Shown here one piece after another: positions 39,001-45,453 of a stretch of 45,453 nt of DNA. A program made the translations under genes and the position numbers. The DNA is taken from the NCBI GenBank assembly GCA_900320505.1, contig ONSL01000003.1, positions 1-45,453 on the forward strand, read 5' to 3'. The notes under the pieces are model-generated. The model was not told where the DNA came from and did not search any database. It saw only the letters and a list, made by a program, of their open reading frames with translations. Numbering within the stretch: position 1 is the first letter of the stretch; the number at the start of each line of letters is the position of its first letter. The stretch is from an uncultured Eubacteriales bacterium (GTDB lineage: Bacteria > Bacillota_I > Bacilli_A > RF39 > UBA660).

Positions 39001-39719
39001 CATTCAATTATTTTATTAACATTATAAAAGTATTCAAGATATGTAAAATGTGATCCATCTTTGAAACTTATTAGGCTACTATTTTTTATAAGTTTATTTA
39101 ACTTCTTTCCGTCTTTAATTGGAGTAATACTATCTTTTTCTCCCCATATAATTAAGGTATCAACCTTAATTTTTTTATAGTATTTTTTTAAGTTTTCTTT
39201 AACAATATTTTTAAATGTATTTTTCATATTTTCATTTAATGCTTTATAGTCAGGTGATGCGTATTTTAAAAATATTTCTTTTCTTTTTCTTTTAAATAGT
39301 TTTATTTTTACTTTATATATTATTTCTTTTACTTTTGTTTTTATACTTTTTCCTTTAAAACCTGCAACATCCATTAAGACAAGTCTTTTAACTTTTATAT
39401 TATATTTACCTATTAAAATACTTGCAATTCTTCCACCAAATGAATGAGCGATTACGTATAAATTATTTATATTATTATGTTTTATAAATTCTTTTACTAC
39501 ATAGGCATAATTATATATAGTTAGATCTCTATTTGGAAATTTAGAGTTTCCAAAGCCTATATTATGTACTATGTAAATATTATAGTTTTTAAAGTAACTA
39601 GATATATTATAAAATGTATTAAATGTTTCTCCCCAACCAGGAAGTATTAAAATATTTTTATTTTTATTTCTATTAATAAATTCAACATAAAGGTTTATAT
39701 CATTATATCTGTAATACAT
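38985..39719 (-). CDS. alpha/beta hydrolase
   Basis: LPGWG, GFG.S, AHSFGG, WGEKD..TP and SHF motifs. Confidence 0.9.
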   Translation of the reverse strand: MYYRYNDINLYVEFINRNKNKNILILPGWGETFNTFYNISSYFKNYNIYIVHNIGFGNSKFPNRDLTIYNYAYVVKEFIKHNNINNLYVIAHSFGGRIASILIGKYNIKVKRLVLMDVAGFKGKSIKTKVKEIIYKVKIKLFKRKRKEIFLKYASPDYKALNENMKNTFKNIVKENLKKYYKKIKVDTLIIWGEKDSITPIKDGKKLNKLIKNSSLISFKDGSHFTYLEYFYNVNKIIECYFKD

Positions 39720-39742
39720 AAAATCACCTATAGTAATTTATG

Positions 39743-40300
39743 CTATAGGTTTTTAAATGTTATATTATTTTTTATAAGTTTTTCTTTATCTTTTTTTGTT
39801 ATACTCACTGTTAGAACTATATTTTCATCAAATTTTTTATCTATAATATTATCTTTATTTATAAGTGATAAAATTCTGTCAAGTTCTTTATAATTTGTTT
39901 TAATCTCTATTTTTTCTTTTTTCTCAATCTTTCTTAAATTTTCACTATTTATTACATTTTTTGCTGCAAGAGAATATGCTCTTATTAGACCACCAGCTCC
40001 TAATTTTATACCACCAAAATATCTTATTACGACTATTAAAACATTATCAAGATTATTTTTTTCTATAATATTTAGTATTGGACTTCCTGCTGTGCCAGAT
40101 GGCTCATTATCATCATCTTTTTTTATAATATTATCTATTTTATATGCATATGTATAATGAGTTGCTTTTTTATATTTTTCTTTTAGATCATTTAATATAT
40201 TATTTACATCATCAACACTTTTAACATTATAGATAAAACTATAAAACTTTGAGTTTTTAATTTCATAATAGTATGATGCTTTCTCAATAATTTCGTACAT
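39743..40300 (-). CDS. yigZ: YigZ/IMPACT family protein
   Basis: IK.SKF, ATH..YAY, DD.EPSGTAG and RYFGGIKLGAGGLIRAY motifs. Confidence 0.93.
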   Translation of the reverse strand: MYEIIEKASYYYEIKNSKFYSFIYNVKSVDDVNNILNDLKEKYKKATHYTYAYKIDNIIKKDDDNEPSGTAGSPILNIIEKNNLDNVLIVVIRYFGGIKLGAGGLIRAYSLAAKNVINSENLRKIEKKEKIEIKTNYKELDRILSLINKDNIIDKKFDENIVLTVSITKKDKEKLIKNNITFKNL

Positions 40301-40380
40301 ATAATCACCAATATTATTATATAATATTACTTTAACTTAAGTAAATAATCTGTTATACTAAAAAAGGAAAGGGATTTTTT

Positions 40381-41508
40381 ATGGATAATAAAGATAAATT
40401 AGATTATAAAAAGATAAATAAATGTGTTTCTACTTATGATCGTTTAGGTAAAATACTAATTACACTTGTTACCATTTTAATTGTAATAGGTATTATTTAT
40501 ATACTTAATAAGTTAAATGTATTAGGTATAATAGGGGATTTCTTAAAACTTTTAATACCTTTATTTGCAGGTATTGTAATTGCATGGCTTTTAAATCCTT
40601 TGATTGATAAAATGTCAAAACATATTCCAAGAATTCTTGCTTGTATAATTACTTATATAATTGTAATTGGAATAATTGCTCTAATATTCTATCTTATAAT
40701 ACCTGGTATTGTTGAAGAGGGATCTAGTCTTTTAAAGAATATTCCTAAATATATAAAGGAAATAAATAAATTTATTAAAAATACATTTAAAAATAATGAT
40801 GATGCTAAAGACAAAATAATAACATTTATAAATAGTACATATAAAAGTGTATCTAAAAGCGCTGGTACAAAGATAATTAATGGAACAGTTTCTGCTATAT
40901 CTTTTATTGCAAAAGCTGTGTTAACACTTATGATAAGCTTTTATTTATCATATGATTATCATAAACTAAATAAAGGTTTAAAAAAGTATATTCCAGATAG
41001 ATATATGAATGGATTTAATGATTTATCAAAGAGAATAAATACTTCATTAAGATCATATGTAAATGGTGTTTTAATGGTTATGCTTTTTGTTTTTATAACA
41101 CAATCTATTGGATTTACACTTGCAGGACTTAAGAGTCCACTCGTTTTTGCTCTTTTCTGTGCGCTTACAGATATAATTCCATATTTTGGACCATGGATTG
41201 GAGCGATACCTGCACTTGTTATGGCAGCGGTTATTGGTCCTTGGACATTCTTATTTACATGTATTTCTATAGTTGTTTGTCAAACACTTGAAAATAATTT
41301 CTATCAACCTTTAATTATGGGACATTCAATGAGTCTTCATCCAGTAACTATTATGCTTGGACTTGTAATATTTGGACATTTCTTTGGAGCAATTGGCATG
41401 ATAATTGCAACACCAGTTATTGCAACTATTAAGATAATACTTGGATTTGTAAATGAAAAGGTTGATTTCTATGGAAAAATAAAGAATTATAAAAGAAAAA
41501 ATGCATAA
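40381..41508 (+). CDS. AI-2E family transporter
   Basis: L.P.I, IPYFGP, Q.LENN..QP..MG..M.LHP motifs; multi-TM. Confidence 0.92.
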   Translation: MDNKDKLDYKKINKCVSTYDRLGKILITLVTILIVIGIIYILNKLNVLGIIGDFLKLLIPLFAGIVIAWLLNPLIDKMSKHIPRILACIITYIIVIGIIALIFYLIIPGIVEEGSSLLKNIPKYIKEINKFIKNTFKNNDDAKDKIITFINSTYKSVSKSAGTKIINGTVSAISFIAKAVLTLMISFYLSYDYHKLNKGLKKYIPDRYMNGFNDLSKRINTSLRSYVNGVLMVMLFVFITQSIGFTLAGLKSPLVFALFCALTDIIPYFGPWIGAIPALVMAAVIGPWTFLFTCISIVVCQTLENNFYQPLIMGHSMSLHPVTIMLGLVIFGHFFGAIGMIIATPVIATIKIILGFVNEKVDFYGKIKNYKRKNA

Positions 41509-41539
41509 ATGTGTTATAATTTAAGAGGAGATGATTATA

Positions 41540-41977
41540 GTGATAGAAAAATTACAAAATGAAATGGTTAAGGCTTTAAAGTCTGGAGAAAAAGAAAGAC
41601 TTACAGTATTAAGAGGGCTTAAAGCATCTATTATGAAAGAAAAAATAGATAATAAAAAGGAAGAAAATGATGATTTAGTTATCGACTGTGCATCACGTGA
41701 AATAAAGAGTTTAAATGAATCTATTTCTGAATTTGCTAAGGGTGGTAGAGACGATTTAGTACAAAAAGCTGAATTTGAAAAGACTGTTTTACAAGAGTTT
41801 TTACCTGAACAACTTTCAGAGGAAGAAGTAAACAAAATAATAGATGATGCTTTTTCTAAGATTAATCCTAAATCTATGAAAGATATGGGAACTATTATGA
41901 AAGAAGTAACACCAAATTTAAAAGGAAAAGCAGATATGAGTATAGTTTCAAGTAAAGTAAAGAGTAAATTAATGTAA
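41540..41977 (+). CDS. yqeY: GatB/YqeY domain protein
   Basis: GR.DL, FLPEQLSEEE, DMG..MK and GKAD motifs; GTG start after GAGGAG. Confidence 0.92.
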   Translation: MIEKLQNEMVKALKSGEKERLTVLRGLKASIMKEKIDNKKEENDDLVIDCASREIKSLNESISEFAKGGRDDLVQKAEFEKTVLQEFLPEQLSEEEVNKIIDDAFSKINPKSMKDMGTIMKEVTPNLKGKADMSIVSSKVKSKLM

Positions 41978-42039
41978 TACTCTTTTTTTTATGAAAAATT
42001 TCTGTTATAATCATTATTAGAATAAAGGGATGTGTTTAT

Positions 42040-43854
42040 ATGGACCAGGATGTTTTATATATATTTAAATATAATGCTACTGATACAAATGGGAAAAAAG
42101 AAAATAGTTATTTTTTAGCATCTTCTAAGGATGATTGTGAACTATTTCTTGATGTTTTAGGATATAAAAATATTGAAGTAATGCCACTTGGTTCAGATGA
42201 AGCAAAACCCGATTTAAATAAAGCAGTCGATGAAGGAGAACTTGACGATAACTTTACAATTTTATCTGATGATTTAAAGGATAATAAAAGTTTATTTGAT
42301 AGTGTTGTTGATGTTGCTAAAAATGCTAGTTCAAATAAAAAAATCTTTCAGAGACTTGCATATTTTATATATAAAGGTGATACCTTAACTGTAAGTATGC
42401 AAAAACTTGGTAATGTTTTTCCTAAAGAGATTATTGATGAAGTAAGTATGGGAGAACTTGGCGGAAATATTTCTAGTCATCTTGCTAATTTAATTAGAAA
42501 GTATGGAGCAACTAAAGGCAAAAGTAAGAAAAAGAAGAAAAAAGGAGGACTTTTCTCTTTTAGCAAAAAAGAAGAAAAGAAAGAGTCTATTGCTGGTATT
42601 GATCTTCATGATGATTCTGAAAAGATTGCAGCAGATTATAAGGCTAAGATGTATCCATTTAAGTTTACTGCAGTTGATGAAAATGGAAAGAAGAAGACTG
42701 GATATTTTGATGCTGAAAGTATAGATGATTGTGCTAAATTTTTAGAGCATTCAGGTTATACAAATATACATGTTGAACCTAAGAAAAGCTACGATGTTCA
42801 AATAATTCTTGATAATAAGATTAATTTAAATAATATATCTTTTGATTTAACACAATTATCAACTTATTTGAAAGCTGGTATTCCACTTGTTGAGGCAGTT
42901 GACATACTTTCAAAACAAACTAAAAACGTTGTTAGTAGAACTGCATATAGCAGGCTTGTTTATGATCTTTTAAAGGGTGATAGTTTAAGTACTGCAATGC
43001 TTCATCAAGGAAATGTATTTCCTAAGCTTTTAATAAATATGATAAAGTCTGCTGAAATGACTGGTGATCTTTCGTCAGTACTTGATGATATGGCAGAGTA
43101 TTATGAAGATGTTGCTCAAACAAAGAAGTCAATGAAAAGTGCAATGACATATCCACTTTTTGTATTAGTACTTGCAATTGGTGTTCTTGTATTTATGCTT
43201 GTAAAACTTGTTCCACAGTTTGTTGTTTTGTATCAGTCTAATGGGGCAGATTTACCTGCAATTACTCAGTTTGTTGTTAATCAAAGTAATTTCTTAGTTC
43301 ATAACTGGATGTATATAGTTGGTGTTATTGCTTTAATTATAATAGTTTTTGTTGCTTGTTATAAAAATATGAAAGATTTTAGGAAAGGAGTACAGACTAC
43401 AGCAATGCATCTTCCTGGACTTGGTAATTTAATAATTTATAATGAGGTATATAATTTTACTAAAACTTTTGCGTCACTTTTGAATCATGGTGTTTTTATA
43501 ACAGATAGTATGCAAATACTTTCAAATATTACAACTAATGAGGTTTATAAAGAATTGATTAATAAGACAATGGTTAACCTTGCAAAAGGTGAAAAGATAT
43601 CTGATTCATTTAAAAATGAATGGGCATTTCCAACAGTTGCTTATCATATGCTTGTAACTGGTGAATCAACAGGACAACTTGGCTTAATGATGGAAAAGGT
43701 TTCACAACATTATAAGGAAATGTATAAGTCAATGGTAGAACAATTTAAGAGTATGATAGAGCCTGTTATGATTGTTTTAGTTGCTGGTATAGTAGGTGTT
43801 ATTTTACTTTCAATTGTTACACCAATGTTTGATATCTATAATCAAATTAATTAG
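42040..43854 (+). CDS. pilC: type IV pilus/T2SS F-family platform protein (PilC-like) with duplicated N-terminal module
   Basis: AGIPL, AE.TG.L, AMTYP, GE.TG.L and IEP motifs; extra ~200-aa degenerate copy at the N-terminus. Confidence 0.88.
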   Translation: MDQDVLYIFKYNATDTNGKKENSYFLASSKDDCELFLDVLGYKNIEVMPLGSDEAKPDLNKAVDEGELDDNFTILSDDLKDNKSLFDSVVDVAKNASSNKKIFQRLAYFIYKGDTLTVSMQKLGNVFPKEIIDEVSMGELGGNISSHLANLIRKYGATKGKSKKKKKKGGLFSFSKKEEKKESIAGIDLHDDSEKIAADYKAKMYPFKFTAVDENGKKKTGYFDAESIDDCAKFLEHSGYTNIHVEPKKSYDVQIILDNKINLNNISFDLTQLSTYLKAGIPLVEAVDILSKQTKNVVSRTAYSRLVYDLLKGDSLSTAMLHQGNVFPKLLINMIKSAEMTGDLSSVLDDMAEYYEDVAQTKKSMKSAMTYPLFVLVLAIGVLVFMLVKLVPQFVVLYQSNGADLPAITQFVVNQSNFLVHNWMYIVGVIALIIIVFVACYKNMKDFRKGVQTTAMHLPGLGNLIIYNEVYNFTKTFASLLNHGVFITDSMQILSNITTNEVYKELINKTMVNLAKGEKISDSFKNEWAFPTVAYHMLVTGESTGQLGLMMEKVSQHYKEMYKSMVEQFKSMIEPVMIVLVAGIVGVILLSIVTPMFDIYNQIN

Positions 43855-43870
43855 AAAGGAAGAGAAAATT

Positions 43871-44647
43871 ATGGATATATTATACATGGTTTTCTTTTTT
43901 ATTTTAGGAAGTATTATGGGCTCTTTTTATGCAGTAGTTGGTTTAAGACTTCCTAAGAAAGAAAACTTTATTAATTCTAGGTCACACTGTGATACTTGCA
44001 AACGTGAACTTGCTTTTTATGATATGATACCAATTCTTTCATATATTATATATAGAGGAAGATGTAGGTATTGCAAAGCTAAAATACCACCAATACTTTT
44101 TCTTTCAGAGATATCAACAGGACTTCTTTTCATGGTTTCTTATTATAGCTTTGGATTTTCAATAGATCTTTTAGTAGCTCTTGGTATTGTATCCCTGCTT
44201 ATTATAGTAATTGTTAGTGATGTATCATATTTTATAATACCTGATGAAGTTCTTATATTTTTTACAATATATTTTATAGTTTTTGATTTTATAAAATTAG
44301 GATTTTCTGGGACTTGCCATAGAATATTAGGTGCTATATTTTTGTTTTTACTTATGTATGCAATATCTCTTATTGGAAAAGCAATATTTAAAAAGGAAGC
44401 ACTTGGTGGGGGAGATGTTAAACTTTTATTTTTGTTTGGCCTGGTATTAGAACCAGTACTTGGGGTTTTTTCAATATTTCTTGGAAGCTTAATAGCTCTT
44501 CCAGTTGCTATTATAATTCTCTTAACAAATAAAGAGCATATTGTTCCTTTTGGACCATTTCTTTTGATAGCTTTTTTAATAATTTATTTTAGTAAGATAA
44601 GTGTTAGTGACTTTATAAATTTTTTAAGGTTTACTAGTATGAAATAA
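43871..44647 (+). CDS. prepilin peptidase (ComC/PilD, peptidase A24)
   Basis: RS.CD.C, GRCRYC, SD, GGGD.KL and PFGPF motifs. Confidence 0.93.
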   Translation: MDILYMVFFFILGSIMGSFYAVVGLRLPKKENFINSRSHCDTCKRELAFYDMIPILSYIIYRGRCRYCKAKIPPILFLSEISTGLLFMVSYYSFGFSIDLLVALGIVSLLIIVIVSDVSYFIIPDEVLIFFTIYFIVFDFIKLGFSGTCHRILGAIFLFLLMYAISLIGKAIFKKEALGGGDVKLLFLFGLVLEPVLGVFSIFLGSLIALPVAIIILLTNKEHIVPFGPFLLIAFLIIYFSKISVSDFINFLRFTSMK

Positions 44648-44723
44648 TTTTTTATTAATTCGTTGATATATAAGGATTTTAAAATTTTTAATAAAAAAAT
44701 TAAATTTTTTTAAAAAAATAATG

Positions 44724-44753
44724 TTGACTTTTTCTGAAAAAGGAGTATAGTAT
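44724..44753 (+). promoter_or_regulatory. strong sigma-A promoter with AT-rich UP region
   Basis: TTGACT 44724-44729; TATAGT/TAGTAT at 44746-44753; A/T tracts upstream. Confidence 0.65.
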
Positions 44754-44757
44754 TAAT

Positions 44758-45206
44758 TAAGTAAATGATGTTTATATCTTTGATACATTTGTTATCATAG
44801 ATATAATAATATCTTATCTAATTCATTTACTTATATGATTTGTGAAGAAGGTAAACTTCAAAGTAGAAAGTCGTTAGTAATTACCTAGTTGGGTTTTGAG
44901 TTTAGTCTTTAGTTTTCTTTAGATTTTACTTTTAATCTTTATCTAGAACGACTGGTAAACCGGTATATAGTATTTATATATTATGTACTGAGTGGGATAG
45001 GCCTCCTGCTTGTTATCATTCTTTATTACGTATCTAGTATACAAGATATGTAAGAGCCTGATAATCGAAAGATTATTGTTCTACTAAAAAGAATGCAAGT
45101 TCATGATTTATTAATTTGAGAAAGTTACTCTGATAAGAAGTTTATATATTATTTATATATGAGCTAAACTAGAAAAGGTTAAATCTATTGGTTTAATCTT
45201 TTTTTT
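44758..45206 (+). ncRNA. large structured non-coding RNA of unassigned family
   Basis: No ORF in the track; bounded by promoter and terminator; about ten complementary helices including long-range ones (see findings). Confidence 0.6.
45173..45206 (+). terminator. intrinsic terminator
   Basis: AAAAGGTTAAA/TTTAATCTTTT stem followed by T-run. Confidence 0.7.
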
Positions 45207-45301
45207 ATATAATAGGAAAGTCATGAAAAAATTTTAAATATTCCTTTTAATATCAACAATTTGCCCGTATAATAAGATTAGTTATAAAGGTGGTGGTTCG
45301 C

Positions 45302-45453
45302 TTGAAAATATATAAAGCTTATAAGTTTAGAATGTATCCTGATAAGGATACAGGGATTAAACTTAATTCATTTATGGGGACAAGTAGATTTATATATAAC
45401 CACTACTTATATTTAAAAGATAAATATTATAATGAGTTAAATATTAATTATAA
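45302..45453 (+). mobile_element. tnpB: 5' fragment of IS200/IS605-family TnpB (truncated by window end)
   Basis: TTG start after AAAGGTGGTGG; YKAYKFRMYP...KLNSFMGTSRFIYNHYL matches the OrfB N-terminal HTH. Confidence 0.85.

Noticed and set aside
2306-42724. Many short antisense or out-of-frame ORFs in the track (e.g. 2306-2674, 7643-7864, 17744-18067, 22199-22522, 29255-29806, 34367-34799, 41521-41835, 42503-42724)
   Set aside because: They are nested within confident genes, show shadow-ORF composition and have no recognisable motifs.
45053-45082. Group II intron domain V-like hairpin (GAGC...GAAA...GTTC) or IStron group I intron before tnpB
   Set aside because: No DV 3' bulge, no GTGCG 5' end, no group I P/Q/R/S sequences, no interrupted host gene, and a terminator separates it from tnpB.
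44758-45206. RNase P RNA (GTAGAAAGTCG and GAACGACTGGTAAACC loosely resemble B-type motifs)
   Set aside because: The conserved GAGGAAAGTCC, AGTGCCACAG and ACAxAAC..GGCTTA elements are absent.

Overview
Very AT-rich Firmicute chromosomal segment using the standard genetic code. By inference from gene content and style it may come from a reduced gut Bacilli lineage such as RF39. Most of the window is housekeeping: T-box/HD/HD/valS, a U32 hydroxylase, rmuC, sepF-divIVA, T-box/ileS (type 2, GIHH motif), nfo, a class B PBP, radC-mreC-mreD (no mreB), murE, lepA-hemW, yigZ, an AI-2E transporter, yqeY, pilC-like and a prepilin peptidase. It also holds tRNA-Met(CAT), a YefM-YoeB toxin-antitoxin pair, two decayed genes and the 5' end of a tnpB at the right edge. 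Two regions stand out. (1) 27.4-33.4 kb is a self-contained type VII-secretion-substrate-like operon: two divergent WXG100-like genes followed by two diverged copies of a three-gene cassette [helical protein X - protein Y with a Gly/Ala-rich hydrophobic segment - DUF4176], with no recognisable toxin, immunity or machinery gene. (2) 44.76-45.2 kb is a ~450-nt non-coding transcription unit with its own promoter and terminator. It folds into a multi-domain, possibly pseudoknotted RNA containing a helix with four periodic UU/UU mismatches, and I cannot assign it to a known family. All family calls come from motif recognition by eye; no searches were run.
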